DNA from: Phoronis australis
Taxonomy: Eukaryota > Animalia > Phoronida
NCBI GenBank assembly: GCA_002633005.1
Contig: NMRA01000310.1
Location: 66,624 to 130,623, forward strand
Direction of reading: 5' to 3'
Length of the DNA stretch: 64,000 nucleotides
The notes beneath the pieces are model-generated. The model ran no database searches and was not told the DNA's origin. It was given only the letters and a program-made list of their open reading frames with translations. Below, piece by piece: positions 37,948 to 52,237 of this stretch. The translations under genes and the position numbers were made by a program. How positions within the stretch are numbered: the first letter of the stretch is position 1; each line of letters opens with the position of its first letter.

Positions 37948-38954
37948 CGGTACAATACTTTGGTTCACTTTCGACACCAGCCTTAAAGGTTCCGCTAACT
38001 AGTTGGTTCACACTGATAACCTTCTGGTACAGTTGGTGTGAAAGGGTCTTAAGTGAGTGACAATCACGCGGTAGAGACGGTCTGTATTTCACATGCATAG
38101 GTCTGAGTTAAAGCATAACAACACAATGCATGCTCAATTCGAATGCAATGACATGGTGCGAACACGCGCATAACACAAACAGGTAGAAATATGAGATAAG
38201 AAGGTACAGTAACTCCCAACTTATTTCATATAAAAAATAATTGCCAAAATTGTCATTTTTTCCATTTTTGTTAAACTGATTACTTTACTGCAAACCAAGA
38301 AAAAATTACCAAAAGTTGCTTTACGACATCAACACAGTAAAAAGCATGGTAGCAATGAGACTAAATTTTTCTTAATCTTTATTTTTGTTTAGAAATTTGA
38401 CATAATAGAACTTCACTTGTCTGCCATATTGTATGCTACAAAAGTGAAAAAATACCATAAGATAACTGTGTTCGTCTCAAGTGAGAAATACCATGCAGGG
38501 TAATGCTCAGATACAACGCGCCCGAATTTTGAGAACCAGTTTTATCCACTGAATAACGGGCATCAAACTGGTTCTTAAAATATGGGCGTGTTATATCAGA
38601 ATTTTCAAGAGAATATTCACGACTTTACGCTAACCTGGAAAGCAGAATACAGTGTCATGCAGTAATGAACATGCCGAGGTAAATAATCAAGTCAACAGAG
38701 GCCATACTAAACAGTCGTGCACACATTACAGACAACAGAGGGCGTACTAAACACAGTCGTGTACACACTACAATCCACAGATGCAGCAGACTTACGGTAC
38801 CTTCCACTTAGAATTCAATATCAATTAACATGCAACAAAGGAAATGAATTCAACATTGGTGCACGAAACATGAAGCATCAAACTTTTTTATTGCACATAA
38901 AATGATGTGAACCAATTAGCGGAAGGTACCGCGGCTGTACAGTAAACACATTTA

Positions 38955-39173
<219 letters not shown>

Positions 39174-40332
39174 TTACAATACATTTACAGACGGACACAA
39201 ACAAAACGAACTGCAAGTAATACTGTATTGTCTAAATCAGTAGACATGACCATGAAATGCCCGACTTTATCTTAGCAACATTAGAACAGCATGAATAAAT
39301 TAACATTCTCAAACATGTCTTTGAACAAACAATTGATAAATCCACTAACGACCCGAACACAATCTCCATGTGTCTTCTCTCCCTTAATTAACAATGAATA
39401 AAGTGAAAAAGGAAGATGTTCAGTCCCAGGGGATGTACTTATAGTTTCATGCCATCGTACAGCTGTATGGTAAAAAATTTCACAACGCACAGTCGCACAC
39501 CTGAATTTCAATCAATTTCATTAATAAACGCCAGGCTCAGTTATGCGCACCCGCCCCCAATTTACATTTGAGACTTTCAGGCCAAGACCTTGTTAATATG
39601 TACCGATATATCGCAATCACAAATCTCAGCAACCAAAAACCTCACAGTTCACATGAGCACGTCCCTGTCGTATGCGAATTAATTGTAAGTCGCTTGTGCT
39701 GCAGTCGTCTCCACTTAAAAATTTCAAGCTGAATTTTGCCCTGCTTGCCTTAAAAATGAAAATCAAATTAGACCCCTACTCTGATAAACTCAGTCGCATA
39801 CTTCTTATCACAATAAGATCTGATGTTTGTTTCCAACAAGAACATCAGCAACTTGAGAAAACTCATCCAAGTTTATCGGGCTTCGCCAGCCATGAAATTG
39901 TGAATTTAAAAAATTGGTGCGCACAAGCACTGGTTGTAACAATCTCAAAATTGCGAATGCAAAAATTGCGCATGTAGACACGCATTGCCTGTGACTTGAG
40001 TTGGCAACAGAATAGAATGCTGTCACAGACACTATTATCAGACCGATTTTATGAGAGTAAACGGCCAAATTCAATTTTCTTTTTTAGCCAGTTAGACAGG
40101 CCAGTGAAATATAGCTTTAGATGTAAAATTTAACAGTACATTGTAAAATGTAAATTGAGCCACTGAACGCACAGATCTCAAATAAATTCTCCCACCAGGA
40201 CAATTCTGAACAGAAAGCTGCCACACAACTCACAATCGTACATTGACATTTATATAGGGACACACGGCTCCACCTAGTGGGTAACATTAATCACAAGGTC
40301 AAGGACAGACAAAGACATCATCCCTGACTTAC

Positions 40333-40424
40333 TCTCAAAACCAGTCACTAATTTCAAAGGACGCAACACCCTAATAGCCCTGAATGCCGGCTGTTTAAAT
40401 GCCGGAATAAGAATGGAGAAACAC
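40333..40424 (-). CDS. Cav2: Cav2 alternative IS4 exon A (92 nt, divergent, R1->P)
   Basis: [30 protein letters not shown](S); tttcacag| ... |GTAAGT; phase 2/1, same as exon B. Confidence 0.88.
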
Positions 40425-41529
40425 CTGTGAAAATCATGGCAAGTTGAATGAGTGAACAACAGAATTAGGAAAGACCTAATAAATGCATTAACTAATACAA
40501 AAAATTCTTGTATTTCAATCAACTATATCAAGCTCCATTTTCAACTTATGCTTTGCAAATATGAAGACGTTAATGACTGACGAATCCTCGAAAAAATGGC
40601 GCAGTCCCTGCTAACATGTAAAAACTAACAGTTTAAAGTATGCTAGACACAGGTAAGTATGACACACAGAATTCCCACGGCAAGTTCTTTTAATCATGCA
40701 TCAACCAGGAATCTCTGGTTGATGAAAGGCACCAACATAAAACAAAAACACTGAATTGTAGGCACTAACATGTCTGAATACTAAGGAAGCTATACAGTGG
40801 TGCATTTAAGGCCCCCCCCNAATTCTTCTTGATTCCAACATTCTATATGGCCGTTCGGGGAAGCATATGTCTGAAGGGCAAAATCCTGACTAATATTCTT
40901 CCTTGCAACCGCCCCCAACTCAAAATCATGGATCCGCCCCAGCTATACACCCCCTATTCCAGCCAAGTGGTGAGCTTCTTGTTTAGACAGCTCACCTCTA
41001 TAAAACTGGTCTTAAATTGTTCCTAACTGAGAGAAGTGGTTCATGGTTTTGAAAAGAACTGGCAAAACCTCCCTTCTTCTTAAGTTTATGTCCAACCCTA
41101 ATTAGTTACTTCCACTCTAAACAGATTATTAAAAAAACTGAGATGTCACCTGACAAAAAGTATACATTTTTTGAAAGTATAAAAATCAGGGATTCTGTAA
41201 AATATGCTTTTTACCAGCACCAGTAGTACGACTTTATTTATATGCTCATGTCAACATGTTTTCAGTTGAATTTTCATTCTATGTAGGATCCTAGAAAAAT
41301 TGTCAAATTTGGCAACTTCGGAGAATCAAATCTCGGGTATTTCCTATCTGCTTCATATGAAACATTCGGATACACGATTTATGCACTGTCCTCCAAAACT
41401 AGTTGGGAACTGTTTTCAAAAATTTAACGCTCCTGAGACTTTTGCATAAGGTGCTATCAAACAAGAGTAACGCGGAGCGTTGAAATGCGCTCACGAATGC
41501 ACTACAAACGGTGTGCTTCTAGGGTGTTG

Positions 41530-42660
41530 TATCATAAAAATGGCCACTAGATGGCGCAAAATATTTCGAATCCATCAAAAAACTGAAAAATGTCACCATT
41601 TTTAACGGAGAGTTATTTACCACATTTCATGAAAATCCATCAAGAAACTAGCAAAACGGGAAAAATGAAATTGCTACTATGGACACAAAGGTTTATCAGA
41701 TCCACTTGAAAGTTGTCGACTTCTGTTGTCAACGTCATATAAATACACTTGCTAAATTCAATAAACATTCTGCAGAGGGTTTAGGAAATACAGCTAAGGG
41801 TGCAAAAAAAACTGCCACTAGGAGGCGCCAGAGTAATTGAAGCTGGAAAATCATCGTCAACCATCCTCTTCACGCTAACAATATATAAGCCAATTTTCAT
41901 GATCATCATAAGAGTGGTTTGGTTGACAGAGGGCACACGGCAAAAACAGACTAAAAAACAGTAAAACTGGCCACTAGATGGCGCAAAATATGTTGAATCC
42001 ATCTGAAAACTGGAAAATATCACCGTTACTTTAAAAGAAAGCTATTTAACAAATTTTATGAAAATTCATAGAGGAACTTCAGAGAAACACAGAAAATGAA
42101 GTTGCCACTAGGGGGCACTGTTAGTCAAACCCGTCTGAAAGTCATCGTCTTCTGTTGTTAACTTCACATAAACACACATTGCTACATTTAATACAGATCC
42201 TGTAAAGCGTTTAGGAGATACTGCCACTAGGACGCGCCACAGTAGTCGAAGTCATCGGAAAATAATCGTCAACATCCTCTTCATGGTAACTTGAACATAC
42301 ATGCCAATTTTCACAATCATCCTTAAAGTGGTTTGGTTGGCAGAGGGGCGGACGCCAAAAAAAGACTTGAAAACAGTAAAAATGGCCACTAGGTGGCGCA
42401 AAATACTTCGAATCCATCAGAAAAGTGGAGGATAGCGCCACCTCATTAATAGATGCCTACGTATGTGCCAAATTTCATGAAAATCGGTTGAGGATCTTTG
42501 AAGATACAGAGGCAAATGTAAAAAACTAAAATTGCCACTAGGGGGCACAGCAGTATTCGGATCGATCCGAAACTCTTTGACCTCTGTTGTCAACCCCACA
42601 GAAACACACCTGCCAAATTTCAATAAGATCCTGTAAGGGGTTTAGGAGAAACAGCCGCGG
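41530..42660 (+). repeat. Diverged ~420-bp tandem repeat (about 3 units) carrying seven CTCF-like GCCACTAGRNGGCRC motifs
   Basis: Motifs at ~41543, 41814, 41970, 42104, 42223, 42385 and 42534, all in the same orientation; the 42223 copy is degenerate. Confidence 0.75.
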
Positions 42661-45600
42661 ACACCCGGACAAAGATAACGGCAATATGCACCCACTTATA
42701 AATATGTGGGCGCATAATGACGGCAATCTGCACCCACATATAAATATGTGAGTGCATAAAAATAGGTCTTGTGAGATTTTTGAAAAAAACAATTGTACAA
42801 AACGAAAACGAAACGATGCCTTAGAAAACTGTAAGTAACCATGATTTCTGAAATTTCATCTCAAACTGTCAGTTCTTTCAAATCCCTGATATCACCTCCA
42901 TTTTGAACAACTCGACACATTTTGACTCATTTCATAACCCCAATCTAAATCAAGTTGTTTTCTGAGAAGGAAGGCAGGATTAGTCTGCATCTTACGTGCT
43001 TTAAGCCATAATGTTGCAGTTAAAATCTATATAAACACTATTAGAGTCCACTATGTGGCTGGCTTAATCAGATGACTAAGAAATCCCCGGTCATACAACT
43101 TTCTCCAGTAAGTAATAATTAATCACAATAATTTGATTGTGAGACTGTATTGCAAAACTTTTCTATGTCTTCCCATCTAATGCATGAGAATGATTCACTA
43201 CCGCACACTCATGGTTACTGCCTACAATACATTTGATTCACTTACACAGACCTTCAGGCTTTCATTCAAATCTAACATCCACTGGCAAATAACATTCTCA
43301 TATCCATACACAAATATTCATACACAAGACTGGGTGGTGAGTCTATACAGGTGCCCAAATACCTGATGAGAGCAAGGACATAACAAGGCTTCACATAATG
43401 CACCCGGGGGGGAGGGGTTCTCTTCCCAATAATGGGGACCGTGTTGCCACCACATTCAATATCTAGAACATCTGAGCCCAGAATCTAACGCACTCAAGAT
43501 TATTTTCTATTTTGTCCGCCCTTATTATGAACACAGCATAAGTGTCTATTAATCTAGAGGCTAGTGCATTGTGGTCTACACAGATGAGATTTCAGACCAA
43601 ATTTGCATGATTACCCGCAGATTTGAACTACAAACTTGAGATTTCAAGTAAAAATTCAAAATTTCAAGTTCAGACTTGAACTTAATTGCAGTTTAAATGC
43701 AGGGGTTACCAAGTGCAAATTAGGACAAGATTATCATCCAAGACATAAACCACAACATTCTGGAACACAGCATACAGACACTAATATGAGTTTGTTAGAA
43801 AATGGAAAAGTAAAAAAACAATTTGAAGATGCGGAGATTAGAAACCTTCCACCTGACCTTTTAATACCAAGTGATGAAAAAACACCACAGACAATACCAA
43901 TCAATCAGAGCCAATTTGTCTCACCTGAGTAGAAAGGTACCTCAGTCTTTTGATGGCCAAACTTTTTTTCGAGTGAGGGAATACATGCCCTTACATGGAT
44001 ATGGTAGACACCAGATTCAAGGGACTGTGTACCAAGTTAAAAGATTCAAAACCCAATGGGATTTTTTTTATCATTGGAAGGGAATTTTTGGCTCTGACGG
44101 TCGCCGGGGGAGGGTAATTTTGCTGATGGCATCTCTGAGGCAATATCAAGAACTGGAAAAATATAGCGATATAAAAAAATCCACAAATACCAATATCCAC
44201 AAAAGTGGTGAAAATTCCCACTCGATGCAACACCAGTTGCCTAGCGTTGGAAGTGGAACCCCGCTCAAGTGAATGGCACTGATTCAGTGACAGTGGGTAT
44301 TCCCTCTCGAGCACTGAAAAATAGGCCGCTGTAAAATGTAACCCCCCCCCCGGAATGTATGTCATGCAACTACCTTCCCAGGGCTCGAAAGTTTCGCACT
44401 GGTTGGATAACGTGGTTCCCAATTAAGAGAACCCGTTTCATCCACTAAAGAAGGATTGCATTATTTGGTTAATCAGGGGCCGATAGGCTTACAAGGCCGG
44501 CATCAGTGCCTGAAAGTTCACCCTGTCCCGGCGATCGATTCAACCAAAACCCCACTATTCAGACCCAGTTGATGTGGGGTTTCAGGTGACCGTAACTAAC
44601 CAGGCTTTGACTGGAACTGGGATGCCGAAACCTCGTAAATTCGATGAAACATCGCTGTCTTTGCACGCGGCGTAGTGAATCCGACCATGATCAGCACCGA
44701 CATTTAACTTGTCACGTGACTCATTCGTATTTCCCGCGTCTGGCCTGGAAGGAGCTCAGGCGAAACCCAGGCCTAGTACATCCCGGAAGCGGCATATTTG
44801 TTTTGCGTGAACGGTGAAGATGGCGTATTTCATATCTGTTAATGGTGATCGCGATTCTGTGAGAATTGTTTGCGCCCGGAGTGAGTGGAGCTTGATGAAG
44901 GCGACCACTCGTAAAATTCCTCAGTTACACGTTTTTGCACACATCCTCGTGGGAATAGGCTGTGTGAATTTTTACCTCCAGAGCCCCCATGAAAGTGGCA
45001 TGCCACAACATTAAACCTTAGGCTCTAACCCCTCGTGTGCTAAGGCTGATCACATTGTTACAGTTGACGAAGCTTGATTCAGCGCGCTATTATACGGTCG
45101 TTGCTAAATAACTCGAGCCTAACTTACAAATTGAGCTAAACTTTCGGTGCCCGGGGAGAAAAAAATCACGAGGTTTTTCAGTAAGAAAAATCAACACCGA
45201 TGCATGTTTGAATTTTTTAAAATCTCAGTGTGAACCGTTTCAAGTTACCCGGTATTGGAATCCCAAAAACATTAAATGGCATCCGAAAGACTTTGCCTCG
45301 CTGTCCGCCAACTATATGTTCACTACCGATTCACGGTTGGGGATCTCCACATATGTAATATTAGTGCAACGTGTCTGAATTTTCAAAAGGCTTTGGGATA
45401 ACTCATTGTCTAAAGTTTCGACTTTGAACCAGCGTTTGAAATACACGCTGGCCCGGTGTCCCGGGGCCAGTGGATTTGCCACCGGGCCAATAACTTTTAA
45501 AAGTTAACTTGGCTGACCCGGACCAGTAAATTTTCAGCCAGCACATTTATTTGCTGTAGTCGAACACTGCTTTGAACCAACCGATGAGGAAAGAAAATCA

Positions 45601-45886
45601 GTAGTTATCATGATGAAACGACAAAAAGTGCGGCAGTGAATTCTGAAACACGGGCAACCGTGACGCGTGGCCTTGAGTTGGTCTTACTAAGGCAATCCTG
45701 TACCAATATGTACTCTACTTGTGAAAGCATAATTCCATTAACATTTTCGCTTAAAATTTATCACGCCTACATTGGCCACGGGGGGCAGGGCATAACGGAT
45801 CCGATGTCCCTCCCTCTGAGCATTGCAAAAAGCCGCCACCATTCCGACGGTCGACACCCATTTCAATTTTGCGGTTAACACCCTTC

Positions 45887-46145
45887 NNNNNNNNNNNNNN
45901 NNNNNNNNNNNNNNNNNNNNNNNNNNNNNNNNNNNNNNNNNNNNNNNNNNNNNNNNNNNNNNNNNNNNNNNNNNNNNNNNNNNNNNNNNNNNNNNNNNNN
46001 NNNNNNNNNNNNNNNNNNNNNNNNNNNNNNNNNNNNNNNNNNNNNNNNNNNNNNNNNNNNNNNNNNNNNNNNNNNNNNNNNNNNNNNNNNNNNNNNNNNN
46101 NNNNNNNNNNNNNNNNNNNNNNNNNNNNNNNNNNNNNNNNNNNNN
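45887..46145. other. Assembly gap (N run)
   Basis: Run of n. Confidence 0.99.
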
Positions 46146-46530
46146 CCCCCCTACTAAAAACTGTCACCCATTTCAGCCCCCCTCTCCCCGGCTCAGCTCA
46201 GTGCGGTCGGCAAATGAATAATTTTGAGCTCGCCTCTTTCCTGGCTGATTGTTTCTGTCAGCGTGTATTGGCCTTAATATGGTTAAATTCCCGCATTCTG
46301 GGGCCCTTAGGTCACGATTCAATCAGTCGCGGACTGCACAAAATTTTGCTCATGGCTATTGAGGAACTTAGTGAAAGGTCAACAACGACTGTGGCATAGG
46401 TCGGTCGCATCAAATGTGGAATGACAGAAAATAACGATTAACGTCATTTGCTCCCGCATCTAACATACACACATACCTCAGGCAACATTGTACATTTCGA
46501 CCACGTGACTATTGATTTGTTTGTACTTAC

Positions 46531-46670
46531 CCTGTGACGACCACGATAAAATCCATAATGTTCCAAACATTCCTAAGATAAGCACCCGGATGTAGCACGA
46601 ATCCTAAAGCTGTGATTTTCAATAATGCCTCCACACAAAAAATGGCTAAAAAGTACTGTTCTGTTTTTTC
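46531..46670 (-). CDS. Cav2: Cav2 exon, IS2-IS3 (140 nt)
   Basis: [47 protein letters not shown]; ttgtag| ... |GTAAGT. Confidence 0.96.
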
Positions 46671-48515
46671 CTACAAACAAATAAGAGACAAGTAAATATA
46701 TATGCGGGGCTGGATATACCTGCGACAATCAACAGTCAAATGCTATTGCGGGGAGAATTGGGAGTGACTATCAGCACTAGGTGTAAGTTCCAGTCTGCAG
46801 ACAGTTACGAAAACGCTCGGTCATGCAAATCTTCGCGAGATTACAGTGCGTCTCAGGTAAAGTACTAGCATTATTCGCGATGTTCTCGCGTTTGCGGAAC
46901 TCAACTCATATGCGTGCAAATGAATAATTAAAATTACCACACGCAGCGCTGCAGGTCTTGTCGAAATCATATTAAACTTCAAGTGTTTTTTCTTTCGTTG
47001 AAACATACAACGAAGCACATTGAAACAACAGTTTCACCGTGTTTAGCCTAATTCGGAATGCCGTATCAAAATTAAACAAAGGGTTCCACGACTCTGATAC
47101 GTGAATCAAAACAATGGTTTCCAAAAACGCCACAACATTGTTCTTTTTAAAAGACGTCATTTCGCATATGACCTGTGTACTTCGCTACAGAACACGCAAA
47201 GTTTTCATAACCCGCGAATACATATTTCGTCCAAATGAATACATTGAAAACGCGACATCCAAAATTGCACCTTCTCGAAATCGTTCTCCGAAGTGGACTT
47301 AAAATAAAACGCCATTTCAAATACCCACGTTTTCCAATACGACGACGACACACCAGACAGATGAGTAAATATGCATTGCCAGCGTTTTGATGGCATTAAG
47401 TGTTTTCGTCTCGATGGATAAATGAAATGAAAATAATACACGCATGTACACGCATAAGTTTTCAAAATCAAAACGCGATTACATAAACATGTGTCATTGG
47501 AATATTTGTTGACGACATTCGTAAACAGAAATATTGCCAAGCGGTAACTTCCTTCTTCTCGCTACTAAATGCAAATTACAAAGGTAAAACTAAATATAAA
47601 ATACATGCCTTTCCATATCATTGATGGTCGGAAATCGTTTTCACCCCAGCAGTGACATCTCTGATGGGGTCGGCGACTAAAAGGATTATCAAAAAAGGAA
47701 TCGTTCTGATCATGTTGGCCATCCCTTCCGTTTTGCACTGGCAAATGATCTTGGAGGTAGAAACCCCTGGGTAAAAACGACCTATTGCTGTCCGGAAGGA
47801 AAAACTGAAACAATTTTGACGACCAGTCTGCTTTAAGATGTTCATGTTAAGGTGGTAAGTTGGAAGGAAATTCCATTTGAGGTGAGGGGCAAACTAGGTC
47901 GCGTTCCGTAGACGCAAGGCACTCGGGAAGCACTTGTGGCTAGTATAGATCTTCGCTTGTGGGACGGGAACAGTAAATAGGCCTTTTGCGAGTTTATAAC
48001 AATAACGCGAGATTATGTGAGACTTAACTGTGACGTCACGGGAACAGTAAATTGTATATAATAAATGCCCCAAGCTCATTGATAAGCCACCTCAGGCCTC
48101 AAGCATACTCACGAAGCACTGGTCTGATTTTGCGCGATCTTGCGTTATCTTGCTAAGTTCCCCCGTGTTGCTGGAGCCTAAGTAACACGCCCCTGAGCAC
48201 CGCGGCGCCAGTTGTCGCCTCGACTTATTACATCCCTTTATTATTAGACGTTGAATAATATACCTGCAAGGGTCCCTTATGATTCAGTAATGGCCATTCG
48301 CTCAGGATATCGTTTCATCGCCTGCAGGCTTAAAAGAGTTTCTCCCAGACGAAACCTCCGACAGTGATCTTGGGTTCAAGTACAGCAACGTCCCGGATAA
48401 CAATACCAGGCGCGGCACTAAACCCACGCGTTGCGGACGTGTCAGCCTGGTGCTACCAAACCATTTTGGTTCGCATCAGCAGACAAACGATAGGTGTTAA
48501 CATGCAGAAACTTAC

Positions 48516-48621
48516 TAGTTTGACGACGAGAGGCGTTTTGTCTTCTTTTGGTAGATGCTCCTCCAAGGCTAAAACCACACAGTTGGCGATGATGGTTAAG
48601 ATTACCATGTACTCGAACGGC
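48516..48621 (-). CDS. Cav2: Cav2 exon, IS1 (106 nt)
   Basis: [35 protein letters not shown]; donor CTA|GTAAGT. Confidence 0.96.
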
Positions 48622-48819
48622 GTGACGTAGAGTTAAGGAAGACATGCAGTGAGAATATACGAGACCCTACAGTAAATTGACAAACACTTTCTGATCAGTT
48701 CAAGGGTGCTTACATTTATACCATCCCATTACGAAGTATGAAACTTCACACGTTTGCCGCAGCATGCAAAACAAGCAAATAGTTTGTCCCACTCAACAAC
48801 TTCATTCTTCCTCCTCTCA

Positions 48820-48976
48820 CAGTGTACCAATGGCAGATTTGGGGGGCAAGGGGACCATGTCCCCCCCCTAAAATTCTCCCAGATTTTATTTGGTAGTTCG
48901 AGGGTTCGAATGTTTGACGGATTAAAATGGCTAATACTCTGCCCTGCCCCCTTAAAATCCTGCATCCGCCCCTGTG
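48820..48976 (+). mobile_element. Dispersed short repeat ending aaatcctg(g/c)atccgcccc; related copies at ~40795-40942 and ~63530-63685
   Basis: Shared G/C-run core and terminal motif seen in three places. Confidence 0.45.
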
Positions 48977-49617
48977 CAGTTTTTATGTTTTATATACCCA
49001 TATTAGGTCAAACTGTAACCTTAAACTATCGGTCAAAATTTTTATATAATTGGTTGATATTCTTGAAACCAGGATCCAGACAAAAGCGACACGGCTTTTG
49101 AGAGAAGTTTGGGCGCATCAAAGTGACCTTCCAATTATATAGCCCGTCAATCAAATTATCAAGCGTCTGCGATGTCCCCTTTCATAGACCCCAGTAATAC
49201 GTTTTACTGTTGTTGCTATGAATTTGTAATTCAAATAAAAAGAAGTGGACAATCGTGATCTGCCTTGAGTTTTCAAACGTGAGCGTTTATGATCACAAGC
49301 AAAAGAACCAGATACTCCGGTACATTTGTACTTGCCACCTTGATCTACTGTATCCGTTTAGAATGACAAAAACCTGAGTATACGATTTCTCTTTTGAATA
49401 TAACAGCTCTATTTCCCGGAACATCGCATGTAATTAAAACGCCCATAATACTTTTCCGACGTCGATCGTACCGGCATTATAAACTGCAATTAAAAATTCG
49501 ATTTTAAACACTTTGTAAAACCATGAGCCACGGACAGTGATACAGAGCAACGAATATAAACGAAGGAAAAAAATAACTTGACGCAGTAACGGGACCGAGA
49601 ACATTTAGTGTCAAGGC

Positions 49618-49750
49618 GTGCGTTCAGTAGACGCTAGGACCTAGCTAAAACCTAGTCAAAGTCACGTGCTCTCATTTAAAATGCACGGTAATATCTCACG
49701 TAATCTCGCGAAGTCTTGCTTTTTAGCGAGGTCCTTGCGTTACTGAACGG
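49618..49750. mobile_element. MITE-like element (TIR cgttcagta); inverted sister copy at ~52238-52380
   Basis: atctcacgtaatctcgcgaagtcttgctttttagcgaggtcc is nearly the reverse complement of ggacctcgctaaaaagcaagactttgcgagattacgtgagat. Confidence 0.7.
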
Positions 49751-50587
49751 GAGGCAGGTTTAAGAGCTGGTAGACACTTTACACTTTGCCACGATTCTTT
49801 ATAGCTAGGGAACGGATACGTTTACTGTTCCGAAGAACAGTAGAACGAAGGTACAGTAGACACGCGTTGTCATTGTTTCCTGTTTGTTCAACTATAAATG
49901 ACACCGCCTTGAGAATACCACCCACCAGGTGCTGATAAATACTTGTGTTATATCAGCTAATTAAACATTCCTCTTTCTTAGACCAGTGTTGATTGCACAA
50001 TACGACTACAAGTGTGCATTATTTTCAGTGGTGGATCACTGCGATTAAACCCTCCTTGTACATTTTTGCACGAGCGGGTCCATTGCGCCTAGTATGCAAT
50101 CACCAAGACGAATTTGGGATGTGACAAGGGGGATAATCACAATTTTCGAAGAAACCCCTAAACATCAATTGCACGCCATGTAACGTTATTTTTGGCTGGG
50201 TGCAGGGATTTAATTGTCTAATAATGAAGAAAAATGGTTTGCTGGAATGAATAGCTTGAAAGGAATTTAATTAACGTTTAGTTAGGTTTATGTTCTCAGT
50301 AAGACCCTTCCCAAAGTCCTGGATCCACTCTTCCTTTTAGTTCTGTCCTTGCGCCTTCTGTTTTGCATGTCCCCTAGTCCCTAGCTGCGCTATTCGCTCG
50401 TTCAGTTCGACGTCATTTTGAAGTTTTGGGCCCAGACAAATAAAATCCAGATGCCAAAATTAAAAATAAGTATTAATAATTATAACAGATTCACGTAGCG
50501 CTGTAAACGACAAAGCACTTTGAAAAATTATCACTTGGGCATGGATCTGGTCAATCTTAATCCTTTTCAAATGCACAGGAGCATACA

Positions 50588-50699
50588 ATGGGTGCAACCG
50601 TTGTCAGACCACACCGATTAATCAAAACATGTAATTTTATAAAAAATGGGTGCAACCGTTGTCAGACCACACCGATTAATCAAAACATGTAATTTTATT
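50588..50699. repeat. About 58-bp tandem duplication
   Basis: atgggtgcaaccgttgtcagaccacaccgattaatcaaaacatgtaattttat x2. Confidence 0.9.
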
Positions 50700-52237
50700 A
50701 AAAAAAAAACAAGTACTAAATTGTCCCCGTGGATACCTGAACCGGAAAAAAATCAAAGACCAGCATTTTTTGACAATGTTACGTGACTGAGTATTTCTAT
50801 CGTGGGTCAAAATCACGTCATAATAGCGACAGACACCTCATCACCAAACATCCGAATGCCATTACTTTTCGTCCTCACGTTGCATTTAAACTCAGTCGCG
50901 TGACCAACGTCATTGGCGATATTATGTTGCGTCACACACAATGCACAGCGCACTCAAAGTTATACGACGCGTGAAATCGTACACACAGAGAAGGAAAAAG
51001 GCACATCAACGATCTCGTATAATCATTGTTTTGGCGTAATGAGGCATAGACGTACGAACTACACGCTTATGTTCTGTGCCAGCCAAGGAGTAGAAAGATT
51101 GAACATATACACGTAACCTCGATATGGATAGTTTTTCCGTGGAGCCTCTACATATGTATACCGTGAACCTGCCCATGGTAACATTACAGTGCAATGTGGA
51201 CATAAAACCCGGGGGCTCTCTTCATAATAGGTAAGGGATGTCGCCGCACATTCAAAATGCGAAAACTGAGCATCTGGAAATGGACAACGGGTCATTGTCA
51301 AATAAAAAACAACATCCTAGACCCGTGGTTTTGTCCCTACCCCCACCCTGGTCTTCGCTACAAAGCCAGCTAAAATACCCCTACTTGTACTGTCAGAGAC
51401 GATACGAGGACAAAAATCCATCTGAGTGAGTTGACGGCGCGTCCCATCCAAGTCCCCCTATTGGAAAGGCCCGTCAGGAAATGTTTTTTCTTATAGTTAT
51501 ACAGTGTCAGAGCCATTGTGTTTTATACTAAAATTTACATATATGATACACAGCAGTGCGACCCTCCTTGGCGACTTCACAAAGAGCTACGTACGCTGAG
51601 ACCACACAAGAACTATACGTGTTGTGATATGTTAAGCTCATGAAAACAAAATATCTTGTTATTTAATTTCAAAACTGATTCAAACTAACGGATCCGTTCT
51701 TTACTGAGCTGGGCCCCGTATCTTTTTCATTTTAATTCAATTTATTTAATATAGTTTGTTGCAAATAGTTGTAATTCTGTTTAACCCAAGACTTCCTACC
51801 ATCATTCAGAACATATGCCACACAAAGACAGCGTTACAATTCAAAATGTCTGAAACGAAATCACGAAAATATGAACCGACTGAAAATGACAAAAACTTTC
51901 AGCAAGCTTAAAAGTGAAACACATTTGACCCGTGACTACCGCCTTTTTAAATTAGCCCCACATTTTCCTGCGGCAGTTTCTGGCAATTGTTGCTGGAAGG
52001 TTACACATGTATGTCAAGTCACCTAAAGATCGGCTGATCATCAGGGTCAATTACTAAGCCATGTATGTACACACCTGTAGTAAGCTCAATAAAATACAAG
52101 CTAGCTGACCAAACAGAGCACAATAGACGACAATTGACATTTACAACGTCAACAATTACAAGGAGTGTTATTCGGTCGGTGCTAATCGTTCGCAGTCCAA
52201 CTTGTCAATACATAAACGCACACGCGACTACTCCCTC

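Noticed and set aside
43800-43930. LRIFKL S4-like motif in intron 3
   Set aside because: Flanked by stop codons, with no full charge ladder or compatible splice sites.
45751-46399. ORFs of 132-176 aa
   Set aside because: They are open only because they cross the N gap.
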